Of a DNA stretch of 41,585 bases, positions 8,777-18,213 are shown piece by piece. Made by a program: the position numbers and the translations under genes. Origin of the DNA: Candidatus Hydrogenedentota bacterium (GTDB taxonomy: Bacteria; Hydrogenedentota; Hydrogenedentia; Hydrogenedentales; SLHB01); NCBI GenBank assembly GCA_963668025.2, contig CAXXTH010000024.1, positions 1 to 41,585 on the forward strand. Reading direction: 5' to 3'. The notes beneath the pieces are model-generated. The model made no database searches and had not been told where the DNA came from. It saw nothing but the letters and a program-made list of their open reading frames with translations. How positions within the stretch are numbered: the first letter of the stretch is position 1; each line of letters starts with the position of its first letter.

Positions 8777-10924
8777 GTGGCTGTAACTAAAACCGAATGC
8801 AGCCCGCTACGCGGGAAACGCTTGGGATATACAGACGTATTGTGCAAAGTCCATTTGGACATGCATACACCCGAATGGAGCGATGAGATCCTGTCGAAAT
8901 TCGACGCGGACGAGATCGTCGGCACGTTGGCCGAGGCGGGCTGCCGCGCCATGGTTGTCTTCGCCAAAGACACCTATGGCAACGCTTATTACAATACGCG
9001 TTATGGCCATAAGAACCGCTGCATGGGCGAGCGCGATTTTTTGCGCGAATTTCTCGAGGCGGGCGAGCGGTATGACGTGCGCATGGCGGCTTACTTCTGC
9101 GCCATCTGGGATAATCTGGCGTGTGAAGAACATCCCGACTGGCAATTGTGCGGCCCGGACGGCCAGCCGTGCTGCGATGTGGTGACCAACGACGGAATCC
9201 CGCGCTGGCACTCGGTATGCCACAACAGCGGCATCGCGGACCTGATGGAGCACATGGTCGAGGAAGTGGCGCAAAATTACCCCGTGGACGGCTTCCACCT
9301 CGATATGTTCAACATGGATTTTGGGAGCCTTTCCTGTTATTGCGACAACTGCCGCCGCCTTTTCCGAGAAGCCACCGGTAAAGACCTCCCTACCGTACCC
9401 ACGTGGGACGAGACCTGGCGGGAGTTTCTCGAATTCCGGTATGCGTCCGTCGAACGCTACATGCAGCGCTTGCGCGCGGCGGCCCACCGGTATGCGCCCG
9501 ATGCGGCGGTCCTGCTCAATTATCATGGCGGGCCGGGCTTCGATTGGCGGACCGGCCAGATGCCCGTGCGCCATGCCTTGCTCAGCGATTTGGGCACCAT
9601 CGAGACGTATACGCCCATGCTGGGCACGCTCTATCCGGGCATGGGAACACGTTATGTGCGCTCGATTGCGCCTGAACGCCACACGGAAGTGGTTTCCTGG
9701 CGGATGAACCGCGTGACGGATTTCACCACGAAGCCGCTGGCCCAAGTGCGCTGGGAGCTGTTCGGGTCGATGTGCTTTGGCGCAGGCGGGATGCTGATTG
9801 ATCAGACGCTCCAGAGCGGTCTCATTGATCCCTATCCGTATAAGCGATTCGCGCAGGTATTCGCGGAAGCGAACGAAAAGCAGCCCTATTTCGGCGGAAC
9901 GACGCAGCGCCATGTGGCGATTTACTACTCGTGCAAGTCCCGCGATTATTATGGGCGCTGCACGCAAGAGAAGTTCCAACAGCCCGTCATCGGCGCATAC
10001 AAAGCCTGCATCGAAAACCATTTCGATGTGGATTTCCTCTTCGATGAACAGGTGAGCCGGGAAAAGCTGGCCCAATACCCCGTGGTGATTTTGCCGAATA
10101 CGGCAATTCTGGATGACACCGAATGCGCACTTTTCGCGGATTATGTGCGGGAAGGCGGAACGCTCCTCGCCTCTTTCGATACGAGCCTCTATGACCGCAT
10201 GGGCGAACCGCTGAACGATTTCCGGCTGGCGGAAGTCTTCGGGCTCCATTATGCGGGCATTTTCGACTGCGACACATGTTTTGTGCGCAATATTCCGGGC
10301 AGCCTCGGCGCGGGCGTGGATTCCGATTGCTATGTGCTGGTGGAAGGCCAGGCCCGTAACGTGCGCCCGGACGGAGCCGCCGGACTGGGCGATCTGCATG
10401 ATTCGTTCCACAAATGCCGCGTGCCCGAGCAGTTCTACTCCCACTCCGTCCATCCGCCCTATACGCGCGCCATGGACGCGGTCTATGTAAACAAGTACGG
10501 GAAAGGCAAGGCCCTTTACTACCCCTGGAACATCCATGCGGCCTACGCAAGCCTGCACGAGCTGCCCGAACACCGCATCCTGCTGCGTAATGCCGTAAGA
10601 GAAGCAGGCTTCACACCGAATATTGAAGTGGAAGCGCCGCTCAATGTCGATGCGGCGGTTCTACAACAAAACGGCCGCTGGGTGGTCCATCTCATGGGCT
10701 TCAACGGCATGCACCAAGCCTGCACGCTGCCCGACCTGAACCGGCCGATCCGCCCATCCATTCGCATGGAAGAGCCGCCCGTGTATTACGCCAGCCTTCA
10801 CATGCACATACCCTTCACAGGAGCCCGCGCCTACAATGAAGCCACAGAACTCACTCGCGAAGGAAACACCGTACGCCTGCTCTGCAAGGATGTCCACGAG
10901 ATCATCATTATTGAGACGGCTTAG
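8777..10924 (+). CDS. GHL6/GH151-like glycoside hydrolase (alpha-L-fucosidase-like) with a beta-galactosidase trimerisation-like domain; no signal peptide
   Basis: VHLDMHT, VVFAKDTYGNAYY, HPDW, YPVDGFHLDM, YVREGGTLL; AAGGA RBS before GTG. Confidence 0.75.
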   Translation: MAVTKTECSPLRGKRLGYTDVLCKVHLDMHTPEWSDEILSKFDADEIVGTLAEAGCRAMVVFAKDTYGNAYYNTRYGHKNRCMGERDFLREFLEAGERYDVRMAAYFCAIWDNLACEEHPDWQLCGPDGQPCCDVVTNDGIPRWHSVCHNSGIADLMEHMVEEVAQNYPVDGFHLDMFNMDFGSLSCYCDNCRRLFREATGKDLPTVPTWDETWREFLEFRYASVERYMQRLRAAAHRYAPDAAVLLNYHGGPGFDWRTGQMPVRHALLSDLGTIETYTPMLGTLYPGMGTRYVRSIAPERHTEVVSWRMNRVTDFTTKPLAQVRWELFGSMCFGAGGMLIDQTLQSGLIDPYPYKRFAQVFAEANEKQPYFGGTTQRHVAIYYSCKSRDYYGRCTQEKFQQPVIGAYKACIENHFDVDFLFDEQVSREKLAQYPVVILPNTAILDDTECALFADYVREGGTLLASFDTSLYDRMGEPLNDFRLAEVFGLHYAGIFDCDTCFVRNIPGSLGAGVDSDCYVLVEGQARNVRPDGAAGLGDLHDSFHKCRVPEQFYSHSVHPPYTRAMDAVYVNKYGKGKALYYPWNIHAAYASLHELPEHRILLRNAVREAGFTPNIEVEAPLNVDAAVLQQNGRWVVHLMGFNGMHQACTLPDLNRPIRPSIRMEEPPVYYASLHMHIPFTGARAYNEATELTREGNTVRLLCKDVHEIIIIETA

Positions 10925-13223
10925 CGGGCTGGCCCTTGGGATATGCGCAGCACTGGGCTTTGGCGCAAGGAACGCGCATGCGGAAGGCCTCGAGACGCAG
11001 GTGGGCATGCAACTCGGGCGTCCCACGTTTTTCCTGAACGGAGAACCGTACGCTAAACCGTTGTTCGCCACCTATGCGCCACTGCCAAAATATTATTCGG
11101 AAATGGCCGGGGCTGGTTTGGAATTGTTTAATTTCCAAACCAACTGCGGAGAGGATCCGTATGGGCACAGCCTGGCCACATGGCCGGAACCGGACAAATG
11201 GGATTTCTCTCAGATCGATGAGCGCGCCCAGGCGGCGGTGCAAGCGTCGCCCAACGCCATGCTGTTTCCCCGCATCTATATCGAAGCGCCCAAATGGTGG
11301 CGTGACGCCCATCCAGAAGCACTGGAAACACTGGATTTCGGCGGGCAAACCTACCAAGAAGGCTTCGCGCCCGGCGTGCTGGCGGCGGACCGCACCTATG
11401 GGTGCATCATGTCGCCCGAGTGGCGTGAAGCCATGGCGTCGGCCCTCGAGAAAACCGTAGGGCATATGATGTCCTCCGAATGGGGCAGCCGCATTTTCGG
11501 CTTCGAAATAGCCGGACTGGCCACCGAGGAATGGTATCACTGGAGCTGCAACCAAGTGCAGCTCTCGGGATACAGCCCCGCCATGGAGAAAGCGTTCCAG
11601 CATTGGCTATCGAATAAGTACGGCACGGATGACGCCTTGCGCGCGGCCTGGAACGACCCCAGCGCCTCGCTGGCCAGCGCCCGCATTCCATCGAAGGAAG
11701 CCCGGCTGGGCAACCGTACGAAGCCGTTCCGCGATCCCGCCATCGAAATGCCGGCCATCGATTTTTACCTCTTCTATAGCTGGACCGTCGCGGACACGAT
11801 TGATTACTTTGCGGGCGTGATCAAGAAGGCCACGAATCGCGGCAAGGTCGTGGGCGCGTTTTACAACTATTTTTACGAATTCAACGCAAATCCGGAATTC
11901 GGACATAATGCGGGCGGGACGCTGCTGCGGAGTTCTAACATCGACTTCATCTGCGCGCCGCCGAGCTATTATGAACGCCAGCTCGGTTCCGGCGTGGAGT
12001 GCTACAGAAGGCCGTTCTTGTCCGCCACGCTGCACCAGAAGCTCTGGTTCCACGACAATGATTTAGCGTCTTTTCTCTTTCCAAAGATCATGAAACAGTT
12101 CCCCAGTGTGACCGAGGAAGACATCCGCCACCACATGGAAGTCCTTGCGGTGACGAAGACCGCACAGGAATCATTATGGCAGTTCCAGCGCGCCGCGGGC
12201 TTCACGGTCTGCGAAGGAATCTACGAAAGCTATTTTGATCTGCATGGGGGATATTATGACACCCCCCGCCTGCTAAAAGGCCTGGGCGATATCGCCGCCA
12301 TGCTCGAACGCGCCAAAACACACGACCGCTCCTCCCGCGCGCAAATCCTCGTGGTGGCCGACGAAACGTCGGCGGCGTATGGGCGTTTCCAAATCGAGAC
12401 CCAGGGCGACGCCTATCCGAATGGATTGAACAAGGCGCTCATGGCCCATCAGCCGGGCTTGATTCGTTGCGGCGCACCGTTTGACTCCGTGTATCTGGAT
12501 GATCTCCCTCTAGTGAATTGGCCGCAATACCGCGTCGTGGTATTCCTGAATACTTACCACATGACGGATGAAGCCCGCTCGTTTATTGATGGCCAAGTCA
12601 AGAAAGAGGGCCGGACGCTGGTATGGTGTTATGCCCCCGGCCTTTTCAATGGCAACCGCCGCGAACCGGATGCCATGAGCCGGTTGGCGGGATTGAACCT
12701 CCAGTTCCAAGACGGCGGCCAATTGGTTGCGCCCGTGAGCGTTTTAACAGACGAGGGCAAATCCTGGATGGCGAAATGGGGCGAACCGAACATGCCGGAA
12801 ACGCCGTTTGGACAAGATGAACCTGTCGCGAATCTGATTGGCGTGAACGATCCATCCGCCATGGCGCTGGGCATGCATAAAGAAAGCCCCGAAACGACCC
12901 TCGCCATGCGGGAATTCCCCGAATGGCGCTCCGTGTATACGATTTCATCGGTCATGCCTCCTGCGTTCTGGCGCGCCATCGCCCGCCAGGCAAACGCCCA
13001 TGTGTTTCTGGATACCGGCGATGCGCTCTACGCGAACAAGAGCTATATCGCCATCAATGCCGCGGATGCGGGCGAAAAACGCATCGCGCTCCCCGAACCG
13101 TCCAACGTGTATGACGCGCTGGATGATGCGCCGCTTTATCAAAATGCAACTTCATTCGAGGTGTCGCTCATGCGCGGCGAAACGGCCCTTTACCGCTATG
13201 AACCGGCGCACGCCCCCGAATAA
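10890..13223 (+). CDS. Secreted GH42-like glycoside hydrolase, paralog 3
   Basis: Signal peptide ending AHA-E; TEEWYHW, WFHDND, YFDLHGGYYD. Start is probably ATG 10890 or TTG 10911, not 10836. Confidence 0.75.
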   Translation: MSTRSSLLRRLSGLALGICAALGFGARNAHAEGLETQVGMQLGRPTFFLNGEPYAKPLFATYAPLPKYYSEMAGAGLELFNFQTNCGEDPYGHSLATWPEPDKWDFSQIDERAQAAVQASPNAMLFPRIYIEAPKWWRDAHPEALETLDFGGQTYQEGFAPGVLAADRTYGCIMSPEWREAMASALEKTVGHMMSSEWGSRIFGFEIAGLATEEWYHWSCNQVQLSGYSPAMEKAFQHWLSNKYGTDDALRAAWNDPSASLASARIPSKEARLGNRTKPFRDPAIEMPAIDFYLFYSWTVADTIDYFAGVIKKATNRGKVVGAFYNYFYEFNANPEFGHNAGGTLLRSSNIDFICAPPSYYERQLGSGVECYRRPFLSATLHQKLWFHDNDLASFLFPKIMKQFPSVTEEDIRHHMEVLAVTKTAQESLWQFQRAAGFTVCEGIYESYFDLHGGYYDTPRLLKGLGDIAAMLERAKTHDRSSRAQILVVADETSAAYGRFQIETQGDAYPNGLNKALMAHQPGLIRCGAPFDSVYLDDLPLVNWPQYRVVVFLNTYHMTDEARSFIDGQVKKEGRTLVWCYAPGLFNGNRREPDAMSRLAGLNLQFQDGGQLVAPVSVLTDEGKSWMAKWGEPNMPETPFGQDEPVANLIGVNDPSAMALGMHKESPETTLAMREFPEWRSVYTISSVMPPAFWRAIARQANAHVFLDTGDALYANKSYIAINAADAGEKRIALPEPSNVYDALDDAPLYQNATSFEVSLMRGETALYRYEPAHAPE

Positions 13224-13251
13224 CACGGCGGGTGCGCAAGGAGAACGCTTC

Positions 13252-14520
13252 ATGACCTCACGCGAACGCATCCAGAAAACGCTCCAGCATGAATTGCCGG
13301 ACCGCGTTCCATGCGATTTTGGGGGATGCTCGGTTACGGGCATGCATGCCAGCGTCATTTACCGCTTGCGCCAGGCATTGCGGATGGATCCGCCGGGAAC
13401 GCCGGTAAAGGTGATTGATCCCTTCCAGATGCTCGGTGAACTGGCCCCGGATCTATTGGATGCGCTTGGCGTGGATACCATCGAGCTGCCAGGAACCGAT
13501 ACATTTTTTGGATTTCCCAAAGCGAATTGGAAACCTTGGACGTGTTTCGACGGCACGCCCGTCCTTGTTCCCGGCGGCTTTACGACAGAACTGGCCAGCG
13601 ATGGGCGTATCTACATGTATCCGCAAGGCGACCGCTCGGCCCCGCCTTCCGGCGTCATGCCATCGGGGGGCCTGTATTTCGACGCCATACACCGCACGCC
13701 GATGCCCGCCGAAGCGGATCTCCGCGTCGAGGATAATGTCGAGGAGTTTGGATTGCTCCCCGATGAGGAGCTTGCCCACTTCGAGCGTGAATCACGGCGG
13801 CTGTATGAAGAGACCGACCGCGCCCTGTTCGCATCCCTTCCCGGTGGGGGATTGGGCGATATGGCATGGCTGCCCGCTCCGTTTCTCAAGCATCCCCGAG
13901 GCCTTCGCGAGCCCGCCGAATGGCTGGCCAGCCTCGTTGCCCGCCCCGATTTCATCCGGGCGGTTTTCGAGAAACAATGCGCCATCGCGCTACAAAACTT
14001 GGAGCGCCTCTTCGAGGCCGCAGGCAACCGCCTCTCCGTGCTTTTCGTCTCCGGGGCGGATTACGGCATGCAAGCCGGGCCTCAAATCGCACCATGGATT
14101 TATGAAGAGGCCTTCCTGCCGTATTACGCGAAAGTTAACGGCTGGATTCACGCCCATACCACTTGGAAAACATTCGTTCACTCGTGCGGTGCCATCGAGC
14201 CGTTACTCCCCTATTTCATCCAAGCCGGTTTCGACATCCTCAATCCGGTGCAATGCTCCGCCGCAGGCATGGAGCCGAGCCTATTGAAGCAAAAATACGG
14301 ACGGCAACTGGTGTTCTGGGGCGGCGGAGTGGACACCCAGCGAACGCTGCCTTTCGGCTCACCCGATGAAGTGCGGCGCGAAGTGCGGGAGCGGGTGCGC
14401 ATCCTGGGGGAAGGCGGCGGTTTTGTCTTCAACGCCGTACACAATGTACAGCCTGGCACACCCGTGGAGAACATCCTGGCCATGCTGGAAACGTTCCAAG
14501 AATGCCGCGATTATAGCTGA
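13252..14520 (+). CDS. Uroporphyrinogen decarboxylase / methylcobamide-methyltransferase-like family protein
   Basis: MTSRERI..L.H..PDRVP N-terminus, HSCG, LNPVQ, FWGGGVDTQ, GGGFVF..VHNVQ..TP.EN; AAGGAG RBS before ATG 13252. Confidence 0.88.
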   Translation: MTSRERIQKTLQHELPDRVPCDFGGCSVTGMHASVIYRLRQALRMDPPGTPVKVIDPFQMLGELAPDLLDALGVDTIELPGTDTFFGFPKANWKPWTCFDGTPVLVPGGFTTELASDGRIYMYPQGDRSAPPSGVMPSGGLYFDAIHRTPMPAEADLRVEDNVEEFGLLPDEELAHFERESRRLYEETDRALFASLPGGGLGDMAWLPAPFLKHPRGLREPAEWLASLVARPDFIRAVFEKQCAIALQNLERLFEAAGNRLSVLFVSGADYGMQAGPQIAPWIYEEAFLPYYAKVNGWIHAHTTWKTFVHSCGAIEPLLPYFIQAGFDILNPVQCSAAGMEPSLLKQKYGRQLVFWGGGVDTQRTLPFGSPDEVRREVRERVRILGEGGGFVFNAVHNVQPGTPVENILAMLETFQECRDYS

Positions 14521-14549
14521 TCGACGATATATCCATACGGGGCCAATCT

Positions 14550-15662
14550 CTACAGGTCGAAATAGCATGAGCCTATGAGCCCGGCGGGGCTGTCAAAAGG
14601 CTCTTCCATGGCGGCCTTGGCTCCACAGGAACCGCGTATCACTACCGTTGCAGGCACGATGATTTCCATCGGAAGCGTTTTTCTGTTTTCGGATTCGATA
14701 CCGTCGATAAGACGTAAAACGGCCATTCGTCCAATCTCCGGCAGATTCTGGCGGACAGTGGTGAGCTGCCAGTACGACTCCGGCAAGACATTTGGATGAT
14801 ATTGGCGGTAATCGTCAAAACCGGTTACCGCCATGTCATCCGGGATGCGCAATCCACGCCGCTGAAGCAGATGCATGAACTGCAACGCGGCGTTATCCTT
14901 CAATGTCATGATGGCGGTAGGCGGAGTCGAACTGGCGAGCCATTCATTCAGCAAGCGTTCCTTGGCTTCAAGGCGGAAGTAATCAGGCCGCTCCACACAA
15001 GCTACATGAGCCGGAGCCGCCTCGAGCCCCGCTTCCAATAAAGCGGCATGGTATCCGCGAATCCGCCGCTCGATGCTCGGGTCTTCCGGGGCGGCTCCAT
15101 ACAATGCGATGCGTGTATGGCCCAAGCGGATTAGGTGTTCCGTCAATTGCTTGAATGCCGCCAGATAATCCGTACCTACACTCGGGACGCCCTTTTCACC
15201 AGGCGAATTGGCTTGGACAAAAGGAATCCCCCTTTTTTTAAGATATTTATGCACGGAACGGATGGAATCGGCATCATGGAAAGGCGCCAGCATAAATCCA
15301 GTCGTGTACCGGCGGGCGAGAGATTGGACCATCCGCAGCAGATGCCCGCTTTTCCCATTCGAGGAAGCAAACAGAAATTGATACTCCGTTTGGGCCAATT
15401 GCTCTTCCATGGCGTTCAGGAGCACGCCCGTGAGCGGATTCGCGATATGCTCCACTAAAACCGCAATGCTATCTTCGGCAAGTTGAATCAACCCTGACGC
15501 GACTTTATCTCTGTTATATCCCATCCGTTTCGCCGCATCGATCACCGCTTTCCGCGTTTTGGCGCTGATGCTGATAGTATCGCTCTTGTTGCCGAGTACC
15601 TTGGAGACCGTTCCTTGGCTTACGCCAACCTCGCGGGCAATATCGTTATGCGTGGCCACCAT
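14550..15662 (-). CDS. LacI-family transcriptional regulator
   Basis: HTH T..DIAREVGVSQGTVSKVL; IPDDMAVTGFDD; LTTVRQ; AGGAG RBS before ATG 15662. Confidence 0.92.
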   Translation of the reverse strand: MVATHNDIAREVGVSQGTVSKVLGNKSDTISISAKTRKAVIDAAKRMGYNRDKVASGLIQLAEDSIAVLVEHIANPLTGVLLNAMEEQLAQTEYQFLFASSNGKSGHLLRMVQSLARRYTTGFMLAPFHDADSIRSVHKYLKKRGIPFVQANSPGEKGVPSVGTDYLAAFKQLTEHLIRLGHTRIALYGAAPEDPSIERRIRGYHAALLEAGLEAAPAHVACVERPDYFRLEAKERLLNEWLASSTPPTAIMTLKDNAALQFMHLLQRRGLRIPDDMAVTGFDDYRQYHPNVLPESYWQLTTVRQNLPEIGRMAVLRLIDGIESENRKTLPMEIIVPATVVIRGSCGAKAAMEEPFDSPAGLIGSCYFDL

Positions 15663-15763
15663 CCACTCCTTTTGCATCAAAGAAAACCACCTGGTGCGAG
15701 CTGCACTCCGAGCATCAAGCGCCACTCCGTATCCACTCGCTCAAGGAAACGCCTTCACATTAA

Positions 15764-15961
15764 GCAACATTATAGCCAAATGGTGAAAAATGACCGGCGA
15801 GGGCGCCGGCCCCACAATTTGATTGCATTAAAAAGTGTGGGACCGACGCCCTCGTCGATCGTCAGATGCAAAATAACGTATCAATATCGGTGCAAGGCAA
15901 TAAACAAGGCTGCCAAAGGCTGCCAAATATTAGGTGCTACTTCAGTCGGCTAAAGTGTTAC
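15764..15961. mobile_element. 198-bp MITE with 14-bp TIRs and an internal REP-like hairpin (complete copy)
   Basis: Ends GCAACATTATAGCC / GGCTAAAGTGTTAC; internal arms GACCGGCGAGGGCGCCGGCCCCAC...GTGGGACCGACGCCCTCGTCGATC; homologous pieces at 17911 and 28777. Confidence 0.7.
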
Positions 15962-16262
15962 GAAAATGGACTCTGAAACAAAACGGGGGTGCGCCATGAA
16001 AGTAGGAGCACTTTGAAATAGGGTGAGTTTTTCGTTGTGAGCGGCCCCAGTCCAAACGTGCGCCATCCCGGTTTCGGTGTGCTTGGAATGTCTTGCGCTT
16101 TCCGATCAGCCTGCTTTGAGCAGGCTCCCCCTTAGCACCTGGCTTCAGCCCCTACCAAGTATAGGCATATTTTTTCGTCTCGGGGCCATAGCTGGAGGAC
16201 AGGGCTTACGCATCTAATAGTGCTCAAGAGTCGATTTATCCTGTTGTGCATGATTTTTTCTG

Positions 16263-16562
16263 TCAACGTGGCCTGGGATTTTTCGCTTGGGGGAAGGTCT
16301 TTGCGCGCTCACGGCGGGTTTGCTTGACGACTTCGTCCACGTAGCGTTCAGCCAGCTTCATGAAAGCCTGGTAGCCATTGATGGCCTCTTTTAGGAACTC
16401 GGTTTCGCGCGCCGGCACATAGCGAACCACGTTCTTCTCGTTCTCCCAGCTCTGGTGGTTAAAGTGGGGACGCCCGCCCATTTGACAGAGCTTTCCGCGC
16501 TCCATCCGCTCAATCTGCGCCATGCGCTCCAGCAATGCTTGCATCTTTTTGGTGTGCTTCAT
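16263..16562 (-). CDS. Small IS-associated accessory protein (DUF6788-like)
   Basis: MERGKL...HQSW..KNV.RYVP.....L.EAI.GY..F..L pattern; lies inside the ISAs1 TIRs; preceded by TTGACT-N18-TATATT ending 7 nt before the ATG. Confidence 0.65.
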   Translation of the reverse strand: MKHTKKMQALLERMAQIERMERGKLCQMGGRPHFNHQSWENEKNVVRYVPARETEFLKEAINGYQAFMKLAERYVDEVVKQTRRERAKTFPQAKNPRPR

Positions 16563-16633
16563 GGATTTTAATATATAGAATTCTATATACTAGAGTCAAC
16601 AGTGCTTCGGCGCATGAATGAAAGGAGCACCCC

Positions 16634-17791
16634 ATGACCGCTGAAAAGAAATCCCTGCCCAAGCCCAAGCCTATTATCGAGTGTTTCGCGGGCCTGCCTG
16701 ATCCCCGCATGGACCGGACCCGCAGGCACAACTTCATTGACATCTTGGTGATTGGGCTATGCTCAGCCCTCGTGGGCGGAGAGAGCTTTTCGGATATGGA
16801 GCGCTTCGGCTGGCTCCGGGAGGATTGGCTGAAGGGCTTCCTGGAATTGCCCGGCGGCATCCCCTCGCACGACACCTTCAACCGGGTCTTTTCCGCCCTC
16901 GACCCCCATGCCTTTCTGGAATGCTTCGGCCAATGGGTGCAGGGCATTTGCCCCAATCTAAGCGATGAGGTCGCCGCCATTGACGGCAAAGCCCTGCGGC
17001 GCGCCTTGAATCAGGGGGAGGCCATCCCCTACATCGTCAGCGCATGGGCTTGCGAGCACGGCCTGGCGCTGGGGCAGGTCAAGGTGGACGAGAAATCCAA
17101 CGAAATCACCGCCGTCCCCAAACTCCTCAACGCCTTAAAGCTCAAGGGAGCCATCGTCACCCTGGACGCCATGGGCTGCCAGAAGGATATCGCCTCCCAC
17201 ATTATCCAACGGCAGGCCGACTACGTGCTGGCCCTCAAAGGCAACCACGCCACCGCCCTAGAAGAAGTGAAGGCCTTTTTCAAGGACGCCGTTCCCCCTT
17301 GCGCCACCCAGTGCGCGCCAACAGCCGACGCCACACGGATGGATTTCCACCAGACCATCGACAAGGGGCATGGCCGCATCGAAACCCGCCGATACTGGCA
17401 ATCCACCGACTTGGGCTGGTTCGAGGACAAAGGACTTTGGAAGGGCCTCAAGAGTTTCGGCATGGTCGAGTCCATCCGCAAGGAAAAAGGGAAGAACACC
17501 ATCGAGCGGCGCTACTACTTGAGCAGCCCGCCCCTCGACGCACGACGATTCGCCCACGCCGTGCGTGGACACTGGGGCGTGGAAAACAATTTGCACTGGT
17601 GCCTAGACATTATCTTTCGCGAAGACGACAACCGCGCCCGAACAAGAAACGCCGCCCAGAATCTCGCCTCCTTGAGGAGAATTACACTCAACCTCCTCAA
17701 GAAAGACAAGACCAACAAAGATTTCCTCAGGGGCAAGCGCTTCGCTGCTGCACTCGACCCCGAATACCTTCTACGTTTACTGGGAATTTAG
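16634..17791 (+). CDS. ISAs1-family transposase
   Basis: LPDPR, GIPSHDTF, AIDGK, KSNEITA, LDAMGCQ, LKGN, HGRIETR, RGHWGVENNLHW. Confidence 0.95.
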   Translation: MTAEKKSLPKPKPIIECFAGLPDPRMDRTRRHNFIDILVIGLCSALVGGESFSDMERFGWLREDWLKGFLELPGGIPSHDTFNRVFSALDPHAFLECFGQWVQGICPNLSDEVAAIDGKALRRALNQGEAIPYIVSAWACEHGLALGQVKVDEKSNEITAVPKLLNALKLKGAIVTLDAMGCQKDIASHIIQRQADYVLALKGNHATALEEVKAFFKDAVPPCATQCAPTADATRMDFHQTIDKGHGRIETRRYWQSTDLGWFEDKGLWKGLKSFGMVESIRKEKGKNTIERRYYLSSPPLDARRFAHAVRGHWGVENNLHWCLDIIFREDDNRARTRNAAQNLASLRRITLNLLKKDKTNKDFLRGKRFAAALDPEYLLRLLGI

Positions 17792-17805
17792 ATGCGTAAG
17801 CCCTG

Positions 17806-17842
17806 TTCTGACAGGAGACGTTTCTGACAGGAGACGTTTCTG
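17806..17842 (+). repeat. 16-bp tandem duplication abutting the ISAs1 right end
   Basis: TTCTGACAGGAGACGT x2 + TTCTG. Confidence 0.85.
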
Positions 17843-17910
17843 CTTTTGAGTACTTTTTTACTTGAGTCAACGGAGGAGAAGAAATATAAAAATCGAGAGG
17901 TATTTTTTTT

Positions 17911-18008
17911 GTAACACTTTAGCCAAGTGGTGAAGAATGACCGGCGTGGGCGCCGGTCCCACAATTTGATTGCATTACAAAGTGTGGGACCGACGCCCTC
18001 GTCGGTCA
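17911..18008. mobile_element. Left half of the 198-bp MITE, truncated by the IS701-like element
   Basis: GTAACACTTTAGCC TIR, then near-identity to 15764-15860 until CTGGAGTTTCT begins at 18009. Confidence 0.75.
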
Positions 18009-18126
18009 CTGGAGTTTCTACCTTTTTGGGGCGAGGTGGACACGCTTTTTCTCTTGCCATCGCACAGCTTATCGTCTTTGTCGTAGCTTCCCTTTCGCCG
18101 AATAGGCCGGTCATTGAAAATATATA

Positions 18127-18155
18127 TTGACATACCGACTCGTTTGCGCTACAAT
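18127..18155 (+). promoter_or_regulatory. Sigma70 promoter of the IS701-like element
   Basis: TTGACA-N17-TACAAT, followed by a GGAGG RBS and ATG at 18184. Confidence 0.75.
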
Positions 18156-18213
18156 CTTGTTGGCTAGGCAGGAGGGCGGCGCCATGAATGACGAATTGCG
18201 TGACACGATCCTA

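Larger units (their letters stand above)
16200..17805 (+). mobile_element. ISAs1-family IS (1606 bp) carrying a divergent accessory ORF
   Basis: Perfect 18-bp TIRs CAGGGCTTACGCATCTAA (16200-16217) / TTAGATGCGTAAGCCCTG (17788-17805); no TSD seen. Confidence 0.9.

Noticed and set aside
8807-10573. 588-aa minus-strand ORF
   Set aside because: Antisense shadow of the GH151-like gene; long antisense frames are common in GC-rich DNA and it has no motifs.
13000-13251. N-terminal extension of the URO-D ORF
   Set aside because: Overlaps the upstream gene; the RBS and family N-terminus point to 13252.
15663-15725. N-terminal extension of LacI
   Set aside because: The RBS and HTH position support a start at 15662.
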